64,000 bases of DNA from Candidatus Woesebacteria bacterium (GCA_963749595.1 CAVVNJ010000010.1:65223-129222), one strand, 5' to 3'. Positions 54,891 to 64,000 are shown, counted from the first letter of the stretch. The notes: generated by a model from the letters alone, not told the origin. Program-made: numbers and translations.

Positions 54891-54914
54891 AGTTCTCTAT
54901 ACTATAATACCTCT

Positions 54915-56150
54915 ATGACTTGGCAGAGCGAGGTAATTCGTCAGGATTTTCCGATTTTATCCCGACAGGTTCATGGGCAGCCATTGATTTATCTCGATAA
55001 CGCGGCCACGACGCATAAACCGGAGGCGGTGATTGGAGCGATCAGCGATTACTATCGTCACCACAACTCGAATGTCCACCGCGGGAGTTCATACGTTGGC
55101 CGATGAGAGCACGCAGATTTATAGCGAGGCCCGGCGAGACGATCGCCGGTTTTTTTGGGGCGACAGCCGGAAGAATTGATCCTGACTCGCAACGCGACCG
55201 AGGCGCTCAACCTGGCCGCGCTGGGCTGGGGTCGGCAATGGGTTGAGGCCGGGCGACGCGATCGCGGTCACGATCATGGAGCACCACAGCAACTTTGTCC
55301 CCTGGCAGGAGTTGGCGCGGGAGAAGGGCGCTCAGTTCGTGGTTTTGCCGTTGACGGACGACGGTCGTTTAGACCAGACGGCCGCGCTGCAGATTATGGA
55401 TGAGTTAGGCGACAAATTAAAGGTCCTGGCGCTGACCCACGTTTCTAATACTTTGGGCACGGTCAACCCGGTCGAGAAGATCACCGCTCATCTTAGTCGA
55501 AAATCCTGGCGTTCCCGCGTGCTGGTCGTCGCCGATATTGCCCAAAGCGCGGCTCGCATTCCCCTTTCCTCGATTGCTCTGGGCGTCGACGCTCTGGCTT
55601 TCTCCGGTCATAAGATCTATGGTCCGATGGGCATTGGCGGTTTAATTGTTCAACGCAAGTCGATTGGCAGAGTTCCAACCGGTTTTGTTTGGCGGCGGCA
55701 TGATCGGCCGCGTCGGCGAATCCGAGACCACCTTACGCCGAGGATCTTCAGGATCGTTTTACCGCCGGAACTCCTGATGTAGCCAGCGCGGCCGGTCTGG
55801 CCGCCGCCTTCGACCTACTGAACAAAATTGGTCGGAGGCCGTTTTGGTCCACGAGCAGGAAATCACTCAGTACGCCTACGAGCAGCTTAGTCGGTTGCCG
55901 GAAATCGAGTTGGTCGGTCCCCAGCCGGACGCCGGACGACTCGGCTCAGTCGCTTTCCTGTATAAAGGAGTGCATGCCCATGACGTGGCTCAGATTCTCG
56001 ACCGCTCCGGGGTGGCGGTTCGCTCGGGTCATCACTGCACGATGCCACTGCATACTGTATTGTGGCTGGCCAGCGACCACCCGCGCCAGTTTTGCGATTT
56101 ATACCACAGCCGAGGAAATCGATGCGCTGGTGGCGGCGCTGATCAAGTAA
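54915..56150 (+). pseudogene. sufS: Cysteine desulfurase SufS-type, at least 8 frame changes
   Basis: LIYLDNAATTHKP, TRNATEALNL, IMEHHSNFVPW, LTHVSNTLGT, FSGHKIYGPMGIGG, FTAGTPDVA and RSGHHCTMPL are spread over frames 0,1,2,0,1,2,0,2,0. Confidence 0.8.
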
Positions 56151-56171
56151 AAAAGGTATTCCGACATTAAT

Positions 56172-56589
56172 ATGGACGATCTTTACCGGGACCACATTCT
56201 AGATCATGCCGAAAATCCCGCCGCGAGGGTAAGTTTGCCCCATCCCACCCACACCGGCAGTTATGGCAATCGCTCCTGCGGCGACGAGATCGACCATTGA
56301 TCTAGAGATTATTGACGGCCGAATCATCGCGGTTCGTTGGCGCGGCGAGGGTTGCGTGATTAGTCAAGCGGCGGCCAGTTTGCTAGCCGAGGAAATCGAA
56401 AATCTGCCGATTGAAGAAGTATTATCCTGGGAAGATGACGCGGTGCTGGACGAGCTCGGTTTGCCGGAGGTTTCTTACGCCCGCCGGCCTTGCGCTCTGA
56501 CGTTTATCAATACCCTCCGCCACATCCTGAGGGTCAGACCCTCCAGGCGTGAGGGTACCCCAGGGTCAGACCCTCAGGAGGAAGGGTGA
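56172..56589 (+). CDS. sufU: SufU/IscU-type Fe-S scaffold, one frame break at about 56292 and a repeat-encoded C-terminal tail
   Basis: MDDLYRDHILDHAENP...GNRSCGDEI, then (+1) TIDLEIIDGRIIAVRWRGEGCVISQAAAS. Confidence 0.7.
56527..56578. repeat. REP-like element (variant core GGGTCAGACCC, two copies) forming the 3' end of the sufU ORF
   Basis: ctgagggtcagaccctccaggcgtgagggtaccccagggtcagaccctcagg. Confidence 0.65.
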
Positions 56590-57128
56590 TCATTGGCATT
56601 GGCAGTACCAATCCAGTGAAGCAAGCAGCCGTGGAGCAAGCGGTGCGGGCGGCGCATCAGCATTTAGGTCTTGCGGACTTACTCGATTTCCAAGCTCATG
56701 AAGTTCCCAGTGGAGTTCCGGCCCAACCATTTTCGGACGAAGAGACCAAGCGGGGAGCTCTTAATCGCCTGAGCGGAGTATTGTCTCTAAATTCGGCAAT
56801 CGATCTGGCCTTTGGTCTAGAAGGCGGGGTGGTCGAATTGGCGGACGGATTGTACTCGACAGTTTGGATTGCGGTTGGCAACCAAGCTGGAAAAATTGTC
56901 GTCGCGAACGGTATTAGATTTCCCTTGCCAGAAAACTTGGCGGTGGGAATTCGCTCCGGCCAGGAAATGGGCGCGGTCATGGACCAGCTTTGCCAAACCA
57001 CCGGAGTCAAACATGGGGCCGGTATGATCGGCGTGCTCACCGGCGGGGTAGTAACCCGCACCCAAGCTTATTCCGATCTGGCGCGGATTGCGTACGGCCT
57101 GTTTTTGCCGAATTTCACCGCCACTTGA
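56586..57128 (+). CDS. yjjX: YjjX-type (DUF84) inosine/xanthosine triphosphatase
   Basis: IIGIGSTNPVKQAAVEQAV...GMIGVLTGG. GTG start. Confidence 0.75.
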   Translation: MIIGIGSTNPVKQAAVEQAVRAAHQHLGLADLLDFQAHEVPSGVPAQPFSDEETKRGALNRLSGVLSLNSAIDLAFGLEGGVVELADGLYSTVWIAVGNQAGKIVVANGIRFPLPENLAVGIRSGQEMGAVMDQLCQTTGVKHGAGMIGVLTGGVVTRTQAYSDLARIAYGLFLPNFTAT

Positions 57129-57203
57129 CGCGATTCCCAATTCCAGCGCATACTGAATTTACCCAGATCTTGGGTTCGTTTGGATATAGCTGGAAGGAAA
57201 TTT

Positions 57204-58937
57204 ATGGCCATGGCCCGTCGAACAAGAAACTTTCTCCTGATCGGAGTTGTCCTTGCCTTGATTATTGCCGGTGCCGCGACCTTTTTTGTTCTGAATCGCT
57301 ATTTCCTGACCGGTCAGACTACCGAGCTGCGGGGCAGGGCCAGCATTGGCGCCATCGGTACCGCAACCATGACCCTGGATACCAAATCAAATACTCGCTA
57401 CGTCAACGATGAGTTTCCGGTCGATATTACTCTTGATACTGGTAACGGCGCTGTTTCGGCGGTCGCGGTTGGGTTGAACTATACCTCCAGTGGCACTGAT
57501 CCAGAACTGCAAATAGTCGATGCCGATCCAACCCGAGACGGGATCCAAATTATTTCTCACGTTGCAACGAATATGCCTGGTTGTTCCGATCAGATTAACC
57601 AAGTGAACCGGGAAACTGCTGACCCGCGCCACATCTTCATTGATTTCGGCGCCACTTGCGGCAGCGCTACCGGTTACAACAGTGGGGGTAAAAAAATCAT
57701 TGCCACCATTGTTTTTCGGGCCAATCGCGCGATCTCAAAGACAATTGAACACGATCCAACCAAGGCGATCGTAACATTGAAGGAGACCGGGGATGATACC
57801 CTCAACTCCGTGCCGGCCCTTACCATTAACGTGCTGGCCGATACTCAGGCACCGGTGGTCTCTTTTACTCCCGATTCATTGGTTGCGCGTACGGACGGAA
57901 AGCTAGCCACTAGTAGCGCCATGGTCCGTTTCGCCTGGAACGGCACTGAGCAACCAGCTCGTGCCGACGACACGGTTTTGCTTGATCAATACGTGGAATA
58001 TCAGTATCGCTTCAATGAGGCGGCCTGGCCGACTACCTGGGTTAGGGAAAAGACCGTTACCCGCAGCTTTGCCCATAATGTCACGACCGGCCACACCATT
58101 CAGGTTCGCGGACGCGACAAAAATGGCAATATCAGTGCGCCGATTTCAAAAAATTTCCTAGTGGACCTGTCGCCCAGTGTTAGTAGCATTGCTCCAACTC
58201 ATGGGGCCGCCGGTGCCCAGATTACCATAGCCGGATTCAACTTTGGCACAGTCAAAGGTTCGGTGTTTTTCGGCACGGCTGAAGTAACGGGAACTAATAT
58301 CATTAGTTGGACGAATGAGCGGATAGTTGTTAGGATTCCCGCCACTGCGGGATCGACAGTGAGCGTTAAACCCCCGGCGCCCCAGCCGGTTTCCAACACG
58401 GTGCCTTTCACGTTGGATACCAACCTGCGCTTAGTAATGAACTTGCAGGGCTTGGGTCAAGATCGAGGTCCAAAACAGGTGAGCGTAGTGGTTTCCCGCG
58501 GCACCTATGAGGCACGCTTCAACAACCTGGATGCGATCTGGGACGCGGCCGAAAACGCCTATGTGGTGGTGACACCGCCGCTGGCCGATACTGGTCTTGC
58601 TACCGCTGCCAACTTCGTAGTGTCGGTTAAAGAAATGTCGCGCCTACGCAAGAAGTTTACCGCCGTTTCGTTAACGCGCGGCTCACAAACCTCGGTGGTA
58701 AAGAAAGCTGCGGCTGATTTACAAAAGGTAGGTGACGTCAACAACGACAACAAGATCAGCGTGCTGGATTTCAGCGACATGGTGCGCCCTGGTAACTTTA
58801 CCGGCCTCGCGACGGCGGTAACCGCGGCTAACGCCAAGTATGATCTTAATGGCGATGGGTCATTGACTGCCGCCGACATCGCTCTGTTGTTGGCCAATTA
58901 CACGCAACTGGAAACCCCAGGCGATGCCGAGAAATAA
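57204..58937 (+). CDS. Membrane-anchored surface protein: cohesin-like domain + IPT/TIG domain + C-terminal dockerin
   Basis: A ggaagg RBS is present. The IPT/TIG segment is IAPTHGAAGAQITIAGFNFG. The dockerin repeats are GDVNNDNKISVLDFSDMV and YDLNGDGSLTAADIALLLANY (58731-58901). Confidence 0.75.
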   Translation: MAMARRTRNFLLIGVVLALIIAGAATFFVLNRYFLTGQTTELRGRASIGAIGTATMTLDTKSNTRYVNDEFPVDITLDTGNGAVSAVAVGLNYTSSGTDPELQIVDADPTRDGIQIISHVATNMPGCSDQINQVNRETADPRHIFIDFGATCGSATGYNSGGKKIIATIVFRANRAISKTIEHDPTKAIVTLKETGDDTLNSVPALTINVLADTQAPVVSFTPDSLVARTDGKLATSSAMVRFAWNGTEQPARADDTVLLDQYVEYQYRFNEAAWPTTWVREKTVTRSFAHNVTTGHTIQVRGRDKNGNISAPISKNFLVDLSPSVSSIAPTHGAAGAQITIAGFNFGTVKGSVFFGTAEVTGTNIISWTNERIVVRIPATAGSTVSVKPPAPQPVSNTVPFTLDTNLRLVMNLQGLGQDRGPKQVSVVVSRGTYEARFNNLDAIWDAAENAYVVVTPPLADTGLATAANFVVSVKEMSRLRKKFTAVSLTRGSQTSVVKKAAADLQKVGDVNNDNKISVLDFSDMVRPGNFTGLATAVTAANAKYDLNGDGSLTAADIALLLANYTQLETPGDAEK

Positions 58938-58947
58938 AGAAGGAGTT

Positions 58948-59814
58948 ATGTTGCTGCCCGTTTTAACCCTCCGCTCGGTTGTTGTTAGACTGATTAAACT
59001 GGGGGTTCTGGCTGGCCTGGTTCTGATACTGATTGGCAATTTGGTTCCTCAACCGCAGGCTTATGTCCAAGGCGGAGTCGGCAAAATATTGCTCCAACCG
59101 GCGACTGGAACCATGACCACCGGAACGGATTTTGCGGTTGATGTCATGATTAATACCGGCGGTCGGGCAATTTCAGCCCTGGCTTTTCGCCTACCGGTGA
59201 ATGCCGCTGACTTGCAGGCCACATCAGTTACCGGCAATGAGGCTATCGGAGGAGGTTGGTCTTACCCTTATAGTGCGACCACCGTTAATGGACAGAACAT
59301 TGTCGAGTTGATGGCGGTTAACAGTTCGACGACCGGCTATACTTCCGGTACCAACGTCAAAATTGCCACGATTGTTTTTCGGGCGACCTCAGCTTTTACC
59401 AATAAAGCTTTGACCTTTGATTTGACGCAAACGCAAATGTTGACTAAAGAAGCCACGCCGGTTGATATTTTGGGAACGGCGACTGGCGGAACCTATAGTG
59501 CCTCCGGAACGGCGGTTGCGCCCACCCCGACACCAACGCCAACCCCCACACCGACACCTGATCCGGATGCTACTCCCACCCCGACGCCGCTACCGACTCC
59601 CACTCCTGATACTACCGCTACGCCCACTCCAACACCGGACATTGGTATTGGTGGTGGCGATGACACTATTGGTGGTTCAACAGACACCACTGGTCAGCCA
59701 GCAATCACTCAACCGGTTCCGGAAACGGCCAGTCCAGGTGCGATGTTTGCCTTGGGCCTCGGCGGTTTTGGCTTGCTGGTCTTGGGAGGCTTTGCCTTCC
59801 GGCGCCGCAGCTAA
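58948..59814 (+). CDS. Cohesin-domain protein with a PT-rich stalk and a C-terminal sorting-signal-like anchor
   Basis: An aaggag RBS is present. The cohesin-like segment is TDFAVDVMINTGGRAISALAFRL...KIATIVFRA. The TPTPTP linker is followed by VPETASPGAMFALGLGGFGLLVLGGFAFRRRS. Confidence 0.75.
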   Translation: MLLPVLTLRSVVVRLIKLGVLAGLVLILIGNLVPQPQAYVQGGVGKILLQPATGTMTTGTDFAVDVMINTGGRAISALAFRLPVNAADLQATSVTGNEAIGGGWSYPYSATTVNGQNIVELMAVNSSTTGYTSGTNVKIATIVFRATSAFTNKALTFDLTQTQMLTKEATPVDILGTATGGTYSASGTAVAPTPTPTPTPTPTPDPDATPTPTPLPTPTPDTTATPTPTPDIGIGGGDDTIGGSTDTTGQPAITQPVPETASPGAMFALGLGGFGLLVLGGFAFRRRS

Positions 59815-59856
59815 GGTTAAACCTTCCAGGCGTGAGAATGGGCAAGATCTGATCTT
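59813..59856. repeat. REP-like element copy plus a small palindrome between convergent genes
   Basis: aaggttaaaccttccaggcgtgaga, then aagatc-t-gatctt. Confidence 0.6.
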
Positions 59857-61291
59857 AAGCGGAAAGCGGTTTCATCGTTGGAAACAGAATAACGTCGCGA
59901 ATTTTGGTTTGATTGGTCAGCAGCATTACCAAGCGATCAATTCCCAATCCCAAGCCACCGGTTGGCGGCATACCATACTCCAGCGCTTCAATAAAATCTT
60001 CGTCCAACGGATGTTTTTCCTCATCTTCGGTGCGTTCTTCCGCCCAGTACTGCCGCTGCAGGACCGGATCGTTGAGCTCGGTGTAAGCATTGCCCACCTC
60101 CCAGCCAAAAATGTAGGGTTCAAAGCGTTCGATTAAGCTCGGATCTTTCCGATGCGGCTTGCAGAGGGAAGTCGTTTCGCGGGGCATATCGGTCACAAAA
60201 GTCGGTTGAATCAATTTTGGCTCAACGGCCTCAAAAAGGGCAGCAATGCCCAGACCGCGTTTCCATTCCCCTGCGTACTCCAAGCCCTGTTTTTTGATCT
60301 CTTCGCGCAGCTGATCATCGCTTAATTGATCGACGTCAATATTGAGGTATTCCTTGATTCCGTCTTTCATTGGCAGCCGACGCCAGGCACCAGCCAACTC
60401 AATCGTCGTGCCTTGATACTCGAACCGCGTAGTGCCATGCACTGCCAGTGCCGCATTCTGGTAAATTTTTTCGGTCAGGGTCATCATGTCGGTGTAGTCA
60501 GCGTAAGCGGCGTAACATTCCATCATCGAAAACTCCGGGTTATGAGTCCGGTCAACGCCCTCGTTGCGGAAGTTGTGGTCAATCTCGTAAACCTTATCGA
60601 ATCCACCGACAATCAGGCGCTTAAGGTAGAGTTCATCGGAAATTTTCAGATATTGGGGAATGTCCCAGGCGTTAATGTGGGTCACGAATGGCCGGGCGTT
60701 GGCACCACCATACAAAGGTTGCAGGGTCGGAGTTTCCACCTCCAGAAAACCCGCTTCGTCCAAAGTTTTTCGCACCGACTGCATAATCGCGGTGCGCGCT
60801 CGGATGACATTTTTTACCGCCTCATTCAGATTTAAGTCCACATAGCGACGCCGGTACCGTTCTTCCTCGTCAGAAAGTCCGTACCAAGTATCGGGCAGGG
60901 GGCGAATGGCTTTAGCCAATAGTTCGATCCGACGCGCCAAAACACTGGGCTCGTTGGCTTGGGTCAAGAAGCGTTCGCCGGAAACGCGGAGAAAGTCGCT
61001 GGTTTGGAGCGACTCGACCTCGGCAAAATTATCGGTAGCGTCGGCCTTGCAGACAACCTGAATTTTTCCTGATTCGTCAATTAAATCGATAAAGCGAATT
61101 TTGCCGTGACCGCGTAGGGCTCGGATGCGGCCGGCAATCTGGACCGATCGGCCGTCGAGTTCTTCTAAAGCCTGAGTGTTGGTGTGAGTTTTGTGGGCTT
61201 CCTGGGGATAGGGATTGGTGCCGCGTTCGATTAATTCCTGGCGAACGTGGAGGCGGGATTGGCGGATGTCGTCGAGACGGGAAGAGGCCAT
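59855..61291 (-). CDS. lysS: Lysyl-tRNA synthetase (class II)
   Basis: Class II motifs FRNEG..., ...GGLGLGIDRLVMLL and an OB-fold N-terminus. Probable start MASSRLDDIRQ at 61291. Confidence 0.9.
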   Translation of the reverse strand: MASSRLDDIRQSRLHVRQELIERGTNPYPQEAHKTHTNTQALEELDGRSVQIAGRIRALRGHGKIRFIDLIDESGKIQVVCKADATDNFAEVESLQTSDFLRVSGERFLTQANEPSVLARRIELLAKAIRPLPDTWYGLSDEEERYRRRYVDLNLNEAVKNVIRARTAIMQSVRKTLDEAGFLEVETPTLQPLYGGANARPFVTHINAWDIPQYLKISDELYLKRLIVGGFDKVYEIDHNFRNEGVDRTHNPEFSMMECYAAYADYTDMMTLTEKIYQNAALAVHGTTRFEYQGTTIELAGAWRRLPMKDGIKEYLNIDVDQLSDDQLREEIKKQGLEYAGEWKRGLGIAALFEAVEPKLIQPTFVTDMPRETTSLCKPHRKDPSLIERFEPYIFGWEVGNAYTELNDPVLQRQYWAEERTEDEEKHPLDEDFIEALEYGMPPTGGLGLGIDRLVMLLTNQTKIRDVILFPTMKPLSA

Positions 61292-61342
61292 ATGGGGGAA
61301 TTGTACCACTAGCGACAACGCAAACACCCACCGTTGTGAGAG

Positions 61343-63292
61343 TTATCTGGTAGTTGATCCAGAAAGCTTATCAGCCCGCAAAACCTTGATGGCTTTTTGG
61401 ATTACTTCCTTTTGTTTCTCGGTGACAGGAACCAAGGTAAATCCCTTACCAAGGGGAACGATGATCAAAGCGAAGCCCTCATTTTCACCCATATTTTTTT
61501 CCGACCACCATTTCGGCGCGCCAAATATCGGATAGTTGGTATAGGGGTTATCTCCGTCAAAGGCACTACCCCAGCCTGAGCCGGGCTTATTTCCCCCGAC
61601 AATAACCGCTGGTTTTACCCTCTTTTGAATACCTTGGTAGGTAGACTGCAATCCAAGCAGAGGTTTTTCGTTGGAACCCCGTCCTTGAAGTCCATGCAGC
61701 ATAGTCATCGGTACGATTGATTTAGGACCCAAGTTTAGATAAATAGTGCCTAGTTCGGCTAGAAGTGGCACTCCAGCAGTTTGGGAAATATAGGTAGCGG
61801 GGGGAATCGGCAGACTGTCGACACCCTGTCCCACGGCGCGTTTCCACCCAGCCCCACGCAAGCTATCGGAAAGCAAGAGGGCTAGATTACGATCACCCAT
61901 GCTACCCATCATGGCCAAGAGACTATCGAGAATCTTTCGTCGATCATGTAAGTTGCCGGCGGTTTTTTCCATTACGTCCATCCAGGCAGCAAAAGAATGG
62001 TCGTCTTGACTGATTTTTTTCAGATTGCTTTTAAAAGCTCTGATTTGAGCAGCGCTTGATCCGTAGCGGAGATGGGCAAAAACTTCAATGGTAAGCGGCA
62101 TGCGGATTGCCTCGCCAGATAGGGTACTAAAATCCAAGTTGAGCTTGTTGTACGGAACTTCATAAGCATTGGCAAAGTAAGCACTTTGTGAGTCGCCGAT
62201 TTCCGGATAACTACTTATTGCTTTGGCCGTGCGCTTTTCCTTATCTTGTTGCTCTACCGGCGAGTCCTTTTCCGTCTTTGAGCGCACTGAACCGCCGCCA
62301 ATCTGCACTTGAATGGGCCCCTCTCGATGATAGGCTTCCTGAATCCGCTCATCGGTTGTGCCTTCGCTTTCAGTCTCGTCAAGTTTTTCGATCGCCTCTA
62401 AAACCAAATCAGCCACCTGCTGATTCATAAAGCCGTAATGAAAATTCTTTTCTGAATCAAGGATGATGCCTTGTTCCAAGGGATCGGTGGGGGGAAGTCC
62501 CAGTCTGGTGCCAAGCGAATCGGCCGGTTTTTTGCGATTAGAGCCTTTAGGAGTGCCGATAGCCACCAGTTCTTTGCCGGTATTCTCTACTCCCGAATCA
62601 TGATAATGGGAGGTAACCACTCCATCACAATCGATATCAATTGCTTGTCTGGCTCCATGCACCGGATCATTCTTGCTCCTGCCAGGGGGTTGGTGGAAGG
62701 CCTTAAGCGAATAGACCACCTTTCCATTGCGGTGGAAACGAATGGTTGCACCGTTGGCAATTAGTGGAACCTCCATTCCGCCGAGCATGTTTTTCCAGAT
62801 ATTTAGACCAGCTTCGTCCGCCGACCAACCAGGATGACCGAAATACTCGGAAACCATACCAACAACTTTTCCCTGTTCGTAAAGTGGGCGCAGAAACCTC
62901 TGGAATAAGGTGATCTGCTTGTCCAAATTAATGGACCGGGTCAAATTACCCGTATACTTTTTGACCCAGCCTTCAATTTCATCGCCGGTAAGAATAACTA
63001 CCGCCCGATCATCATCTAAGATTCGGCGTTGTAGTTGATCGATGGCTCGAATATCTGAGGAGGCGGAGCCAATATGCAGATCGCCCACTGGGTAGATGAC
63101 GGCTAAGTTATTCTTTAAGTGAAAAGGCCTACCTTTTGCGGGATCATTTCTTTCGGCTGACTCTTGAATGACAAACCATTCCAGCAGGGCCAGTTCTTCG
63201 GCAGAAAGTTCGCGCAACTGCCCAACCATCTTATCGACGAGTCCGCCAATAAAGGAGCGACGTTCGTTTTGTTCATTATTATTTCGTCCCAT
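61343..63292 (-). CDS. Large protein: calcineurin-like metallophosphoesterase domain followed by a degenerate copy of itself
   Basis: The first half has GDLHIG, LTGDEIEG and SHYHD. The second half aligns with it but reads FAHLRYG, LSDSLRG and VGGNKPG. Confidence 0.7.
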   Translation of the reverse strand: MGRNNNEQNERRSFIGGLVDKMVGQLRELSAEELALLEWFVIQESAERNDPAKGRPFHLKNNLAVIYPVGDLHIGSASSDIRAIDQLQRRILDDDRAVVILTGDEIEGWVKKYTGNLTRSINLDKQITLFQRFLRPLYEQGKVVGMVSEYFGHPGWSADEAGLNIWKNMLGGMEVPLIANGATIRFHRNGKVVYSLKAFHQPPGRSKNDPVHGARQAIDIDCDGVVTSHYHDSGVENTGKELVAIGTPKGSNRKKPADSLGTRLGLPPTDPLEQGIILDSEKNFHYGFMNQQVADLVLEAIEKLDETESEGTTDERIQEAYHREGPIQVQIGGGSVRSKTEKDSPVEQQDKEKRTAKAISSYPEIGDSQSAYFANAYEVPYNKLNLDFSTLSGEAIRMPLTIEVFAHLRYGSSAAQIRAFKSNLKKISQDDHSFAAWMDVMEKTAGNLHDRRKILDSLLAMMGSMGDRNLALLLSDSLRGAGWKRAVGQGVDSLPIPPATYISQTAGVPLLAELGTIYLNLGPKSIVPMTMLHGLQGRGSNEKPLLGLQSTYQGIQKRVKPAVIVGGNKPGSGWGSAFDGDNPYTNYPIFGAPKWWSEKNMGENEGFALIIVPLGKGFTLVPVTEKQKEVIQKAIKVLRADKLSGSTTR

Positions 63293-63463
63293 ATTCGTTT
63301 TCCTTATACATCTAGTGTCTTGAAGAGAGTATCAACGCTAAATGTAGAAAGACAATATTGTGTTTTGGGCACCCGATAACTATACTAAAGTCTTCGGTTT
63401 TTCCAGCTTAAGTAATAAAAGTATTTTTTTAGAATAAGACCTGAGTTTGCTATACTTCCCCTT

Positions 63464-64000
63464 ATGGACCCGCTCCCGCAACCTATTATCCCGCCCACCA
63501 ATATCCAAACCTACCGCGCTCGCTTGGCTGAATCCCTCATTTATAATGAGAAATTCACTCAGCTTCACTTTGAATTAGTCGAGCCCAACCGGATCAAGTT
63601 CCAAGCCGGCCAATATTTACAATTAACCGTTCCGGGAACCCCGCAGAAGAAAAGCTATTCCATTTGTTCCGATTCTCAGGTCGATCATGCCGTTTCCATC
63701 TTGATCGACGTTACGCCGCGTGGGGCGGGGACTAATTATTTGTTAGGACTCAAGCCGGGGGATGAGGTTTCGTTTATGGCGCCGTTTGGCCGCTTCGTGA
63801 TTGAACCGCGCGAGACGCCGCTGGGCGCCGCCGAAAAAGCGATTGTTTTTGTAGCCACTGGGTCCGGCGTGGCACCGGTCCGGTCAATATTAGAAGATCT
63901 ACTCATTTATAAAGCGGATGACCGGCCGATGATTCTACACTGGGGTTTGCGCCACGCCGAGGATCAGTGTTGGTTTGAGGATTTCGAATTATTGTCCGAA
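63464..64000 (+). CDS. FNR-like FAD/NAD(P)-binding oxidoreductase (3' partial, runs off the window)
   Basis: Not in the ORF track because it has no stop in the window. FQAGQYLQLTVPG...KKSYSICS is an RxYS-type FAD site, and FVATGSGVAPVRS is a NAD(P) site. The tgctatact box lies 7 nt before the ATG. Confidence 0.75.
   Translation, partial: MDPLPQPIIPPTNIQTYRARLAESLIYNEKFTQLHFELVEPNRIKFQAGQYLQLTVPGTPQKKSYSICSDSQVDHAVSILIDVTPRGAGTNYLLGLKPGDEVSFMAPFGRFVIEPRETPLGAAEKAIVFVATGSGVAPVRSILEDLLIYKADDRPMILHWGLRHAEDQCWFEDFELLSE

Noticed and set aside
59520-59640. Highly repetitive acnccnac DNA, checked as a possible CRISPR or tandem repeat.
   Set aside because: It is the in-frame (Thr-Pro)n stalk of the cohesin protein. 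There is no repeat-spacer structure anywhere in the window.

Overview
The window looks like an origin-proximal chromosomal segment of a small-genome bacterium. The gene content suggests a Patescibacteria/CPR-type organism, but that is an inference. It starts with DnaA-box-like 9-mers, followed by dnaN-rpmH-rnpA-yidC-jag-rnhA. After that come housekeeping genes: valS, a class A PBP, rpiB-rpe-LOG-PfkB kinase, pgk, gap, hpt, lgt, pth, sufS/sufU, yjjX and lysS. These are interspersed with many secreted or membrane-anchored hypothetical proteins, three type II toxin-antitoxin pairs, tRNA-Tyr and tRNA-Trp.

Structure not explained by genes:
- A family of about 370-470 bp intergenic elements with long imperfect terminal inverted repeats, in three copies (about 21.65, 32.4 and 50.5 kb).
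- A dispersed REP-like palindrome, GGAAGGTCAGACCTTCC(AGGCGTGAGGGT), found at gene ends and twice inside reading frames.
- A recurrent (extended) -10 box placed 6-9 nt upstream of start codons, which implies leaderless mRNAs.
- A striking, patchy load of frameshifts in otherwise recognisable genes. Either assembly error or decay could cause this, and I cannot tell which from the sequence alone.

Candidate systems worth follow-up:
- An adjacent cohesin/dockerin surface pair.
- An HTH regulator with a divergent 20-aa hydrophobic peptide ORF.
- A 649-aa tandem-duplicated metallophosphoesterase with a degenerate second half.
- A HEPN-like Rx4H protein next to a P-loop kinase.

No CRISPR array, rRNA, integrase, transposase or reverse transcriptase was recognised. 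All family assignments come from motif reading by eye, not from searches.
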